From the NCBI GenBank assembly GCA_964036045.1, contig OZ038378.1, forward strand, positions 174,468,001 to 174,532,000: DNA of 64,000 nt, read 5' to 3'. Shown in pieces: positions 24,801 through 37,871 of this stretch. The notes under the pieces were generated by a model that was not told the origin of the DNA, did no database searches, and saw nothing but the letters and a program-made list of their open reading frames with translations. Position 1 is the first letter of the stretch; each line of letters opens with the position of its first letter. This stretch comes from Eutreptiella sp. 'Long Island Sound 2002' (lineage: Eukaryota; Protista; Euglenida). The position numbers were made by a program, and so were the translations under genes.

Positions 24801-25745
24801 GCCCGAACATGGCCATGAAGGCCTCGGGTAGGGCTCGGATACTTGCGCTTGATGGGGCCCTGCACGTCTCACAACGGCCTGTCCATTTCTTGGACGTTGC
24901 TTGTGCCACCTCAAACAGCACCACCCGTTAGAAGCCTTCCTCATTCATTCACTAGTACACAGCCCCTGGTTTCGTCCTCCATTCCTCCTGGTGCCAGGGC
25001 CGCCACCCGGCAACCCGGTTACGCTCATGCTCTTGCTGGAGCTGCATCGCTGCCAGCCAGTTGAGCTGCAGCATGCACTCGTCCAACTCCACTGTCGCCA
25101 GGATTGGCGCGTGCGCGCGCGCCATGCGCGCGGGCCCATGCGGGAACCCGTGCAGCCCAAGCAACCCCAAGTCGTCCATCCTTTGTGGCTACCACCCCAT
25201 GGTGGCAGGCAGCTAGACACCGCCGCGACAGGGGAGTGCGGCCCTCTAGGGCAGGGTCGGGTTGTAGCTAGCGGGGTGCTCTTTGCCCGGCACCAGGCAC
25301 AGCCATGCCTGGCGTGCAGACAGCGGGGCCCAAGGGGGGGGGCTGGCCTGTGGTGCACACGGTGAGCGCGTGCACTCGCGCTCTACTAGCGCCTCGCGCG
25401 CTCCATGCTCCGGTGTTGGTGACTGCTCGTGCACCCGCTTGCCCAGCAGCTCCGGCCACCGGCAATGGGGTCAAGCTCTCGGCGGCTCGACGGCATTGTC
25501 ACCACCATCCTCACCACCACCCTGTGCTCGCGCCTGAGTCAGCACATGCGGTTGTCGTTATAGCGGTGGCTGTTGCGCCTAGGCCATTGATTCAGCCTCC
25601 TCATGGGGTGCCGCCGCTCCCGGACTTCCCCCCTTTGGTGGGGTTGGCTGCAGCCACACCCGCATGGTGTGCGCTCATCCCCGCGCTTGTGCCGTGTTCA
25701 TGCGGTGCCCTTTGTGGGCACCCTGGCAGCAGTGTTCCGCGCCAA
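21850..25745 (-). pseudogene. LINE ORF2, RT and C-terminal part (3' portion of an element split by the 13-kb transposon)
   Basis: GYTSIIPLK (~24600); KLRP...VYSRWA (~24380); FIKCFDLIPEAVVLG (~24160-24190); WWQATNGVLQGCSLSVILINLL (~23980-24050); TGQDAN (~23670); thumb region 23136-23600; CxxC...ETHLL..C..W knuckle (~22730-22810). Confidence 0.85.
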
Positions 25746-26391
25746 GGTACAAATCTGACATCCGAAGGTGTTAGCCTCTACCCAGGATAGGCGGTTTCAC
25801 TGTTGCAGAAAAATGACCACAAAACCCCAACAAATCCTTAGATTTCCGAAAACACCATTTTTCAACGAACACTGTTTTGGGGATTCCTCTTGTGACACCC
25901 CAACCTCCCCCAGGGTTTCACTGTCAATAGTGAAACCCTGGCGCAAGGACCCCTTTGTACTACACTCTGGGCTGTACGCAACCCCTTACACATGTCTACA
26001 TACCCGCCTTGGGATGGTGGTGGTGTTTTATTTTGCGTGGGATGGATTATATGAGCACCTAAGTGTGCTTAATAGTGCAGGGTAGTTTCAGTGTCAGCAG
26101 TGAAACTCTGCCTTGCTCCTAAGCATATGAAATAGTGTCAAGCACTGGAGCACATAGGTGCAATAACTCGATGACCGGAAGTAGTTTCACTGCTAACAGT
26201 GAAACTAGTTTTGATAATATGGTGTGTGTGTGTGTGCACTGAGAAAATGGTACCCGGCGTCAAACACTTTCACGGTTTGACGGTGAAACTATTTCCCATA
26301 TTGTGGTGTCTAGGGGTAAACAGGGAAAACGGGTAAAGTGGATTTAATTTTTGGAAGAGGCCTGTAAAGAACGGAACCGGAAATATAGCTG

Positions 26392-26465
26392 GACTGTTGT
26401 ATGGTCCAATGTTTATCACCCTTGTCTCGTACCACTAGGGGCTGGGTTCGATTCCCGGTAGATCT
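26392..26465 (+). ncRNA. Pseudo-tRNA or tRNA-derived SINE head (Glu-like 3' half) inside element E; inverted copy at ~36165-36240
   Basis: B box GGTTCGATTCCCGG preceded by GGGGCTG; A-box-like TAGTCCCATGGTTAA is clearer in the right-arm copy; the anticodon arm is degenerate. Confidence 0.55.
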
Positions 26466-27059
26466 CCCCTCCTAGGCACCATGTGGCATACCACACCAGT
26501 ACATGGTCACCAAGGAGGCATGGTAAGTGCCCCGTTGCAAGGGGGGTACACTACTAGTACTACCAAACCGGTAGTTTTCAGACATGTTTTGTAGTATATA
26601 GTTGACCATGTAGTGAGACAGCAGATTTCTAGCCCGAGTGGTAGGAAAAGTACTTCACCGGGACTTGGAGGCATCAATATGGTTGTGCCAGACCCGTCAT
26701 GTCTTTGTGGCTTCCCTGTGGTTGTGGTGCATGCAGGGACAATCGGGTGCCAAGTGAGGATCAGATTGACGATATGCCACCCCAATGTACTTGCATTCAC
26801 TCTGTTGTCCACCTCCCTCTCAGGTGGGAGGCATGCACAACACTGGATCACAAGGACTTCTTTCACTATCAATAGTGAAACCAGTTGCAGCCACTTCCTG
26901 TTAGCACCACATGTTGTCTTTCACCCTCTGCACAAGTTCCGCTAGTCTGTTATTGTGCCGGCTAACACCTTCTCACAACTAACTTTGACTGTCAACTGTG
27001 AAACCAATGGTTGTTGTCTGCTTGTTCTGATTGTATGTGATTTGCCTTTGACGCCTCAG

Positions 27060-29400
27060 AGGGCATTATGACTGACAGCGGTGCCCCCCCATTTAGTCTA
27101 CGAGACTTGTGCTCGGGGTTGTATGACGTCCTGGACCGGGCTGATATGTACCAAGACGGGGACTCACTGGTGGAGTGCGCTTTTGGGCGGAGGACCAGCT
27201 TTGACTTTTGTCGAGATAGCCCTGGAGTTGCTCCCCAATCCTCAAACAAGACGAAGTATTGCGGAACGGAAGCAGGAGTGGTCAAGTCGTGGGCCCAAGC
27301 AAGGGCTACTGCGCCTCGTGCCTGCTGAGTTCAAGCTGTTCCGCCGCATGTTGGTGCTGGCAAAGCCGATCGCAGCGGCACAAACGGTCCCTAGTACAAG
27401 GGTAATGACAGCACCGACCAAGAAACAACGGCTTGAGTTGCAGGGAAGTGGACTTGTACTCCATCGGGAACCACCATTGGTCAACCGGGTTGCCCTTGCA
27501 CAAGAGCCGATCCGCGAAGAAATGACACAAGGATGTTATGTGACATGGGCACACCAATTTTGCAAGAGCCGGTAGAGCAAAAATATCGATTGACCACGGG
27601 ACATCTCCTTGTCGTGCACTGCTGTCGCTATCCTCACAAGCCTGTCGGTGAGATTGTCGTACGCTGGGTGGCCTTCCGTAGAGAAATTGACAACATGGGT
27701 CAAGGACGTGGCACTGCATATGCGGGACTCGGTCACTGAGTTTTTGACTGTTGTGCGGGACTTGGGATCGGATCGACTGCCCCCTGGTCTTCTTCGCTGT
27801 CCGTTGGATACTCGCCGGGGCAACCCAGGACTTCATCATGGCAGCCGTACGGGTTATGGGACATCAATGTCACCAAGACGGCGGGATTGGGGGACGTGTT
27901 GGTCCGGTTATTGCAAGACAATCTTGGTAACCGGAACCCAGTGAAGGTATTACTTTGTGACATGAACAAATGGTGGAGGGTTGCAAAGGTTGTGTACAAT
28001 AGGGAGCATGCTGCTTCCCTAGTACGCGGTGCGCTCCGTGACATATGCCCTGTCTATGGGATTTGGCACGCATACAAGGCGTGTGTGTTTGCTTTATACA
28101 AGGCTTTTTCACCTTTTTTTTATCTGCCTAGAGTATGATTGCTTCTCAATGGATGCAACTGCCACACGGGTGTACCAGTACCCCCCTCTCCTTGTCTTGG
28201 AGAGGCTCATTCTCTCGTGCTACCTTGCGTATCCCGCACCGAAGTCTCAATTGGACCGTGGCTTCCGGAGTTTCACCGTTGACAATGAAACTTCCCTATG
28301 GCAGGAGCGCTAGGAGGCCCTGCGAGAATTATTGCAGGCTTATATTCGTGTTGTCTTGCAGCTAGGGATAATCGTGCGTGACTGCTCCTGGAGACATTGG
28401 GCCTGTGGCACCCGTGTTGCAGCACGCAAGGTTTTAGAATGCAGCCTGTTTGTGCTGCGGAAGATCGTGACGGCAACTATAAAAACACGTTCCGCATTGC
28501 TCTCCTTCTGTGGAGTTCCTTCCATGATGCATTGCCAAGTAATGCACTTGTCGAAGAGAAAGGGGAATCGATGCTCTGTCATCTTGTGAAAGCATCGACG
28601 CATGATCTCAGTGCTACCACACTAGAGCAATATGAGGCCTGTTTTTAGCCATCAGAAAGGCTCGACAAGGAACCACATTCCAGCAAAAGCCCCATATAAC
28701 ATTGGGATGCATCCAAATGGTGCAAGGCACGTTGCAAAATCTGTTGCACTGGTTGACTTCATGCACGGCCCCATCTATAGATATGAGACCGGATGAGATG
28801 GAGGATAATCCTAAGGCCGCTTGTGTAACAGGTACCAACATTTGGCCAGACAGCTTCAAATTTCCACCTGCCCTTATGGACTCAACAAGCCTGGTTGAGT
28901 CGGAGTATTTTCTACTGCACCAAAGCCTACACACTCTTTTTTACCGCTTTGGCAAGGCGTTTTGACAAGGCCAACCGCCGGGCTGTAGCTGACCAGATGA
29001 TCCAGCACCAGCAACCGCCCTGTGGTCTTGACTAAAAATCCTTTTTTGATGACTATGCAGGAACAGCTACACTCCTACGCGGCATGCTACCACGTGATGC
29101 TACGGCGTTGGGAATGCTCATTTGGGAAAAGGTACCCAGAAAACGCAAAAGAGCAGGTGGCGTCAGTGACCAAAACAAGTCTCACTCAAACTCCGGAGAT
29201 GATGTCCACCTTGATGCCGTGGTACCTGAGGCACCACACGCCACGCGGACGGCCACCACGTACCAGCTCCCGCAGCGGCAAATCATTCCATTGCTATTGG
29301 GCGGTCAAGACCCGTTGAGGCTCTTTGCGAAGCTGCCCAACAACGACGAGAAAATTGCCATCTCGATCTACAACAAGCACGCGGAGGAGATGCTGAAGGA
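27060..29400 (+). pseudogene. Putative transposase core of element E (RNase H-like; DUF6589/Academ-like pattern, tentative); inverted copy at ~33400-35560
   Basis: WQPYGLWDINVTKTAGLGDVL...VKVLLCDMNKWWR...ICPVYGIWHAYK...VEEKGES; the hhhhxD followed ~30 aa later by PxxGxWH layout is reminiscent of that family; frameshifted in both copies. Confidence 0.4.
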
Positions 29401-30322
29401 CCTCTAGACAGCGGAGGAGCAAGTAGCCATTGGCGTTGGGTGACAATGAGGTGCGCTATGTTGATTGTGAAAGCGATGGCGATGACTGTATATTAGTTGG
29501 GTAGGGCTGGAGATGCTCCGGAACACGGATGTATAGTGGCCAATGGACCTGTCATACCACCAATGGTTGCGGTTCCACACTGTGTCCACGTACCCCGGGT
29601 TTGCTGATGCCTGTGTGTCCAGTGCAAATGCCATCAGGACGGGGGACAGGCAATGACTTTCACTGTCAACTGTGAAACACAAGGTGAAGCAGGCTGGAAT
29701 GTATCACAGGGGGATTATGCAATGGTGAGTAGATCATAATGACACGAATAGCATATATTCACATAGCACTTTCACTGTTGATAGTGAAACCCTTCGGAAA
29801 CAAGGGTCCGAAATGGAGGACAGTGCATACTCACTGGCATCCAAGGCAACGTTCTGGCAATGTGGTACGTGACGCTTGTGGTTCTCCCCCCCTCCCTGCC
29901 TTATGTTGGTCTGTTGCCCATGTGCATCACATTCAAAAGGTGCCAGCATGATATCATTCATGGTAACATTGCACCAGTGCAAGATTGATATGCACCTTTA
30001 TTGTGCATCCTTTCGCAGAAGGCACCAGTGCAAGTAAATGAGAATTAGGTGTCACGATGTAGCAGCACGAGGGTGCACAATGTCAGTTTCAGGACCTGCT
30101 GGTTGCTCTGACTCTTGTGTTCCATAGCAAATTCATAAATTTGAAAATAGCAAGAACAAGGTGAACCCAGTATCTGGCGGGATAGTGACAAACGAAAACT
30201 AGTGCCCTGTTGATAACCAAAGACACATGCTGCTTTGAACGAAATTGCCTATAACACACTTTCACTGTTGACAGTGAACCACCGTTCCAAAAGGTTTCTC
30301 GGACAGGCAATTTCATGGTGTT

Positions 30323-32325
30323 TTGGGCTGTTTTTCTCCTACTTGTGGCTCCTCCTTGCTCTTTGCAAGATCCAGTAAAACGGAGGACCCCCGTGATCCG
30401 CATTCGGAGCCCGAGCATCCGGACTGGGCAGTCGGCCACACAACGGAATCTGGTGAAGTGCCTGCAGATGAGTCGGCCGTTAGTGGCGTTGATGGTGAAA
30501 GACAAGAAGATGACAAACAGGAGCGGAGGTTTGCCGTTGAAGTAGATGCTGGTGGTGAGGAAAGTGGTTTGGGTGAGGAGGAGGAGGAGAGTTCTAAGCC
30601 TGAAGAGGAGGAAGAGCAGGACTTTGAGGAGGAGCAGGAGGACCGGACCAAAATGAAATCGCGACCGTGCATCTTGGAGGGTGCAAACGTAGAGGCCCAT
30701 CAGGTCAAAAAATACGTTCATGTCAGCAAGCTGATCTGGGATGAGGAGCTGAAGTACGGTCGGGTCCCGACGAGTACAGCGCCCTCGCCTCGCAAGACTC
30801 CGTCGCAGTGTCGCCCACCGAGGGCTAATCGAGGAGGTCCGCGGTTGTCTGCTGGACTGAGCAGGTATATGCCGCATCTAATGCAGCCTTTTGTATTTGC
30901 AAAGTGGGATCTGGCATGTCTGATCACCGATTCTTTTACTGTTGACAGCGAAAGTCTCCTGTCCTGTGGCTGCTGTCTGCAGGAGACATCCGGTTGGTGC
31001 TCGGCAGACAACACATGTGCGCCATCGTCAAAGAACTCTTGCTCGCACTGACATCACCGATTGAGGAGGGGGGTCAAGCTAAAGCTAAAAGTGATGTACC
31101 CGAAGAAATACGATTCATCTAAGGCGTTATACCTCGTGAACACACACCAGCGGAAATATGCCGCCTTCTCGCCGGCGTGCACCGAAGGGCTTAGCGGGAA
31201 TTCTATGAGACTACTATCTCTGAGGTGGCTGTTAGATTTCTGCAACACTGTCCTAAAATAGTGAAGAGGAACGGCGAGAAGTACGCGACACCCCATGCTG
31301 GTGAGATCTGGGAAGTGGTCACAGATGTTGGGGTGCCATACAAGGAGTATATTGGCATTGACACAACGGTATGTGACAAGCAAATGTGCAATGAAAGGGC
31401 CGTATCTCTAGTGAGTTTCACTGTCAACATTGAAACTCGCTCCGTCTTGCTCCTTAGCGTACCAAGGCTGTCAATGAGTGGAGGGGTTTGGCACACCTCT
31501 GTGGGATGATACTAGATGTTGGCGACAAGTTCACCTAGGCTATTGCGGCGTTCGACGAGAAGAAGTGTTTTAGTCATCCTGCCTTGAAGGAAAGTGCTGG
31601 GCTACCGCGGCCGTACTGTTTGAAGTTCGTCAACTGGGTGGCAAGTGCAGGGTACATGATCAACACGAATATAGTCTCCCGGAAGCTGAGAAACCCGAAG
31701 TGCTGTATCGCGTACGGAGTCATGTGTTCTGCCCAAGCAATCCACAGATCCACGACAGCCAACGTATGCCTGTTTCCGTCTTGCAGCATACTCACGTTCG
31801 TTGTTTCCTGAGTCCGCTGCCGTTGCATTGTTTCACTGTCAACAGTGAAACTCCTTCGTGTCTTAGTGCAATGCAGGAACTGAAGCCACCGTGTAAATGC
31901 TGTGCAACGCAGTGAAGTGGGATGAGAGGTATTGGGCATTGGGAGCGACAGGACACCAGGCAGCGAGGTACCGGCTGGGGACTGGTCAACCGACACGTGA
32001 AACTTTGCAGAGGGCAAAGTTGTGGCAAGACTCCTTGTGCGCTGACACACGCAAGTCGCTGCGTGAAGCGCTGTGTGCGGAGGAGACTGAGGGTGTTAGT
32101 GGGGGAGCTGCATTGGAGCTGGATCAAGTGTGCACTGCTTCCTTTGCCGGAACCCAGGGGACGATCCACTTCACTGGCGACATGGGCAAGCATGTGTCTG
32201 CGAAGGCCCACCTCTTGTACATTGAGGTTCCAAAAGGAAGTGAGACATCACATCTGCCGCCGGGGTTCGGAAGGAAGCTTGCCGCTCAAGGGGTCCCAAC
32301 AATCTTGTTCGGTCCAAACGCTAGA
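30323..32325 (+). pseudogene. Central unique coding region of element E (acidic tract, Cys-rich segment, unassigned domains)
   Basis: ORFs 30323-31051 (EEEEESSKPEEEEEQDFEEEQE; CGCC...C...C) and 31897-32325 read as natural protein and are linked by interrupted frames. Confidence 0.5.
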
Positions 32326-32326
32326 A

Positions 32327-35300
32327 CTCCGCTCCCGTTTGTCATTTTCTTGTCTTTCACCATCAACGCCACCGACACGCAACTCATCGGCTGGCACTTC
32401 ACCAGATTCCGTTGTGTGGCCGACTGCCCAGTCCGGATGCTCGGGCTCCACATGCTGATCACGGGGGTCCTCCGTTTTACTGGATCCTGCAAAGAGCAAG
32501 GAGGAGCCACAAGTAGGAGAAAAACAGCCCAAAACACCATGAAATTGCCTGTCCGAGGACCTTTTGGAACGGTGGTTCATTGTCAACAGTGAAAGTGTGT
32601 TATAGGCAATTTCGTTCAAAGCAGCATGTGTCTTTGGTTATCAACAGGGCACTAGTTTTCGTTTGTCACTATCACGCCAGATACTGGGTTCACCTTGTTC
32701 TTGCTATTTTCAAATTTATGAATTTGCCATGGAACACAAGAGTGAGAGCAACCAGCAGGTCCTGAAACTGACATTGTGCACCCTCGTGCTGCTACATCGT
32801 GACACCTACTTCTCATTTACCTGCACTTGTGCCTTCTACCAAGGGATGCACAATAAAGGTGCATATTAATCTTGCACTGGTGCAATGCTACCATGAATGA
32901 TATCATGCTGGTACCTTTATAATGCGATGTACATGGACAAATTCCCACAACAGGCAGGGGGGGGGGGGGGGGGGCTCAAGCGTCATGTACCACACGCGCA
33001 GAACGTTGCACTGGATGCAAGTGAGCGTATGCACTGTCCCCTATTTTGGACCCTTGTTTTCCAAGGCTTTCATTGTCAACAGTGAAAGTGCTTTGTGAAT
33101 ATATGCTATTCGTGTCATTATAATCTACTCACCATTGCATAATCCCCCTGTGATACATTCCAGCCTGCTTCACCTTGTGTTTCACAGTTGACAGTGAAAG
33201 TCATTGCCTGTCCCCCGTCCTGATGGCAATTACACACAGGCATCAGCAAACCCGGGGTACAATATGGAACCGCAACCATTGGCCGTATGACAAGTCCACT
33301 AGCCACTATACATCTGTGTTCCGGAGCATTGCCAGCCCTACCCAACTAAGACACGGTCATCGTCGTCGCTTTCAGAATCAACATAGCACAACTAATTGTC
33401 ACCCAATGCCACGGCATCATGGTTGACATCATCTCCGGAGTTTGAGTGAGACCCGTTTTGGTCACCAACGCCACCTGCTCTTTTGCGTTTTCTGGGTACC
33501 TTTTCCCAAATGGGCATTCCCAACACCGTAGCATCTCGTGGTAGCACGCCGCATAGGCGTGCATCTGTTCCGCATAGTCATCAAAGAAGGAAGTTTAGTC
33601 AAGACCACAGGGCGGTTGCTGGTGCTGGATCATGTGGTCAGCTACAGCCAGTCAAACGCCTTGCCAGAGAGCTGCAAAAGAGTGTGTAGGCTTTGGTGCA
33701 GTAGGAAATACTGCGACTGAAGCAGGCTTGTTGAGTCCTAAGGGCAGGTGGAAATTTGAAGCTGTCTGGCCAAATGTTGGTACCTGTTACACAAGCGGCC
33801 TTAGGATTATCCTCCATCTCATCCGGTCTCATATCTATAGAAGGGGCCGTGCATGAAGTCAACCAGTGCAACAGATTTTGCAACCCACCTTCCACCATTT
33901 GGATACATCCCAATGTTATATGGGGCTTTTGCTGGAATGTGGTTCCTTGTCGAGCCTTTCTGATGGCTAAAAACTGGGACTCATATTGCTCTAATGTGGT
34001 AGCACTGAGATCATGCGTCGATGCTTTCACAAGATGACAGAGCATCGATTCCCCTTTCTCTTCAACACGTGCATTACCTGGCAATGCATCATGGAAGGAA
34101 CTCCACAGAAGGAGAGCAATGCGGAACGTGTTTTTATAGTTGCCGTCACTACGTGTCGGGCCGATCTTCCGCAGCACAAACAGGCTGCATTCTAAAGCCT
34201 TGCGTGCTGCAACACGGGTGCCACAGGCCCAATGTCTCCAGGAGCAGTCACGCACGATTATCCCTAGCTGCAAGACAACAAGAATATAAGCCTGCAATAA
34301 TTCTCGTAGGGCCTCCTAGCGCTCCTGCCACAGGGAAGTTTCATTGTCAACGGTGAAACTCCGGAAGCCACGGTCGAATTGAGACTTTGGTGCGGGATAC
34401 GCAAGGTAGCACGAGAGAATGAGCCTCTCCAAGACAAGGAGAGGGGGGTACTGGTACACCCGTGTGGTAGTTGGATCCATTAAGAAGCAGCCATACTCTA
34501 GGCAGATAAAAAAAAGGTGAAAAAGCCTTGTATAAAGCAAACACACACGCCTTGTATGCGTGCCAAATCCCATAGACAGGGCATATGTCACGGAGCGCAC
34601 CGCGTACTAGGGAAGCAGCATGCTCCCTATTGTACACAACCTTTGCAACCCTCCACCATTTGTTCATGTCACAAAGTAATACCTTCACTGGGTTCCGGTT
34701 ACCAAGATTGTCTTGCAATAACCGGACCAACACGTCCCCCAATCCCGCCGTCTTGGTGACATTGATGTCCCATAACCCGTACGGCTGCCATGATGAAGTC
34801 CTGGGGTTGCCCCGGCGAGTATCCAACGGACAGCGAAGAAGACCAGGGGGCAGTCGATCCGATCCCAAGTCCCGCACAACAGTCAAAAACTCAGTGACCG
34901 AGTCCCGCATATGCAGTGCCACGTCCTTGACCCATGCTGTCAATTTCTCTACGGAAGGCCACCCAGCGTACGACAATCTCACCGACAGGCTTGTGAGGAT
35001 AGCGACAGCAGTGCACGACAAGGAGATGTCCCGTGGTCAATCGATATTTTTGCTCTACCGGCTCTTGCAAAATTGGTGTGCCCATGTCACATAACATCCT
35101 TGTGTCATTTCTTCGCGGATCCGCTCTTGTGCAAGGGCAACCCGGTTGGCCAATGGTGGTTCCCGATGGAGTACAAGTCCACTTCCCTGCAACTCAAGCC
35201 GTTGTTCCTTGGTCGGTGCTGTCATTACCCTTGTACTGGGGACCGTTTGTGCCGCTGCGATCGGCTTTGCCAGCACCAACATGCGGCGGAACAGCTTGAA

Positions 35301-36879
35301 CTCAGCAGGCACGAGGCGCAGTAGCCCTTGCTTGGGCCCACGACTTGACCAGTCCTGCTTCCGTTCCGCAATACTTCGTCTTGTTTGAGGATTGGGGAGC
35401 AACTCCAGGGCTATCTCGACAAAAGTCAAAGCTGGTCCTCCGCCCAAAAGCGCACTCCACCAGTGAGTCCCCGTCTTGGTACATATCAGCCCGGTCCAGG
35501 ACGTCATACAACCCCGAGCACAAGTCTCGTAGACTGAATGGGGGGGCACCGCTGTCAGTCATAATGCCCTCTGAGGCGTCAAAGGCAAATCACATACAGA
35601 CAGAACAAGCATACAACAACCATTGGTTTCCCAATTGGCAATGAAAGTTAGTTGTGAGAAGGTGTTAGGTGGCACAATAACAGACTAGCGGAACTTGTGC
35701 AGAGGGTGAAAGACAACATGTGGTGCTAACAGGAAGTGGCTGCAAGTGGTTTCACTGTTGATAGTGAAAGAAGTCCTTGTGATCCAGTGCTGTGCATGCC
35801 TCCCACCTGAGAGGGAGGTGGACAACAGAGTGAATGCAAGTACATTGGGGTGGCACATCGTCAATAAGATCTTCACTTGGCACCCCACTGTCCCCGCATG
35901 CACCACAACCACAGGGAAGCCACAAAGACATGATCGGTGTGGTACAACTATATTGATGCCTCCAAGTCCTGGTGAAGTACTTTTCCTACCACTAGGGCTA
36001 GAAATCTGCTGTCTCACTACATGGTCAACTATATACTACAAAACATGTCTGAAAACTACCGGTTTGGTAGTACTAGTAGTGTACCCCCCCTGCAACGGGG
36101 CACTTACCATGCCTCCTTGGTGACCGTGTACTGGTGTGGTATGCCACATGGTGCCTAGGAGGGGGGATCTACCGGGAATCGAACCCAGCCCCCAGTGGTA
36201 CGAGACAAGGGTGTTAACCATGGGACTAGACGACAATCCAGCTATCTTTCCGGTTCCGTTCTTTACAGGCCTCTTCCAAAAATTAAATCCACTTTACCCG
36301 TTTTCCCTGTTTACCCCTAGACACCACAATATGGGAAATAGTTTCACCGTCAAACCGTGAAAGTGTTTGACGCCGGGTACCGGTCCTCAGTAGGCCCACA
36401 CGCCACAGTATCACAACTAGTTTCACTGTCAACAGTGAAACTACTTCCGGTCATCGAGTTGTTGCACCTATGTGCTCCAGTGCTTGACACTATTTCATAT
36501 GCTCAGGAGCAAGGCAGAGTTTCACTGCTGACACTGAAACTACCCTGCACTATTAAGCACACTTAGGTGCTCATATAATCCATCCCACGCAAAATAAGCC
36601 ACCAGCACCATCCCAAGGCGGGTATGTAGACAGGTGTAACGGGTTGCGTACAGCCCAGAGTGTAGTACAAAGGGGTCCTTGCGCCAGGGTTTCACTATTG
36701 ACAGTGAAACCCTGGGGGAGGTTGGGGTGTCACAAGAGGAATCCCCAAAACAGTGTTCGTTGAAAAATGGTGTTTTCGGAAATCTAAGGATTTGTTGGGG
36801 TTTTGTGGTCATTTTTCTGCAACAGTGAAACCGCCTATCCCGGGTGGAGGCCAACACCTTCGGATGTCAGATTTGCACC
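32327..36879 (-). repeat. Inverted duplication of 25746-30528 (giant palindrome arms around a 1.8 kb spacer)
   Basis: Continuous reverse-complement match with near-identical ORFs on opposite strands (e.g. 27068-27328+ vs 35302-35562-); the right arm lacks ~210 bp corresponding to ~29222-29432. Confidence 0.96.
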
Positions 36880-37235
36880 CCAAGAGGGGGGGGGGGGGGC
36901 TGGCCTGTGGTGCACACGGTGAGCGCGTGCACTCGCGCTCTACTAGCGCCTAGCGCGCTCCATGCTCCGCTGTTGGTGACTGCTCGCGCACCGGCTTGGC
37001 CAACACCTCTTGCCACCGGTAATGGGGTCAAGCTCTCGGCGGCTCGTCGGCTTTGTCACCACCATCCTCACCACCACCCTGTGCTTGCGCTTGGGTGAGC
37101 ACATGCGGCTATCGTTGTAGCAGTGGTTGTTGCGCCTAGGCCATTGGTCCGGCCTCCTCATAGGGTACAGCCGCTCCCGGACTTGCCCCCTTTGGTGGGG
37201 TTGGCTGCAGCCACACCCGCAAGGCGTGCGCTGAT
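36880..37235 (+). repeat. Direct copy of LINE segment 25330-25679
   Basis: CCAAG(A)GGGG..GCTGGCCTGTGGTGCACACGGTGAGCGCG...GCAGCCACACCCGCA matches in the same orientation. Confidence 0.93.
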
Positions 37236-37283
37236 CTGTGGACCACAAGAGGCGGAAGTTGGTTCCGAAGCAACGCGAAAAGG

Positions 37284-37871
37284 ATGAACTGGAGGGGACG
37301 ACAAAGTCATGGAAGAACAATTGTGCAAAGGCCGTTGTTGAACACAGGCAAGGAAATTAGCATCGGAGTCTCCTTGACAGCCCATTCCGAACCACCCCCA
37401 CTCCAAAAAACCGGACTGTCTGAGGAGCTTTCACTGTTGACTATGAAAGCTCAGGACAGTGTCGGTCATGAAGCTGCATCATCCAGTGTTGCTAATCCTG
37501 CGGTTCATGTGCCCCCAACTGACCCAGAACCTGCTTTCAATGCTGTCAGAGCCGATGCAAAGCCAGCTCCTGCGAAGGCAACAGGGAACAAGAAGGCGAA
37601 GTCCAAGACCACTGCCAAGACGGGTGCAAAGGTGCAGACTGAGCACACCACCCTCACTCAGATGGACCCGGAGGCTAGGGTGGATGTAGACAGTAATGAC
37701 AAGGCCCGGCAGCAGGCAATTGCAGCGCAGATCGAGGCTACCAACAATGCGGGTTCTGGCAGACGAGGAGCTCCGGGGCTGAAACGCAAACCCAAAGCAC
37801 ATGCCGTGACCATCCCCAGCGTGGCTCAGCTTGAGCAGGCTTCCCTGAGGACCCGCAATGCAAAGCAATAG
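37284..37871 (+). pseudogene. Lys/Ala-rich C-terminal coding segment of element E
   Basis: Open frame ...KPAPAKATGNKKAKSKTTAK...LKRKPKAH...RTRNAKQ*; same strand as the left arm and carries the element's palindrome. Confidence 0.5.
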
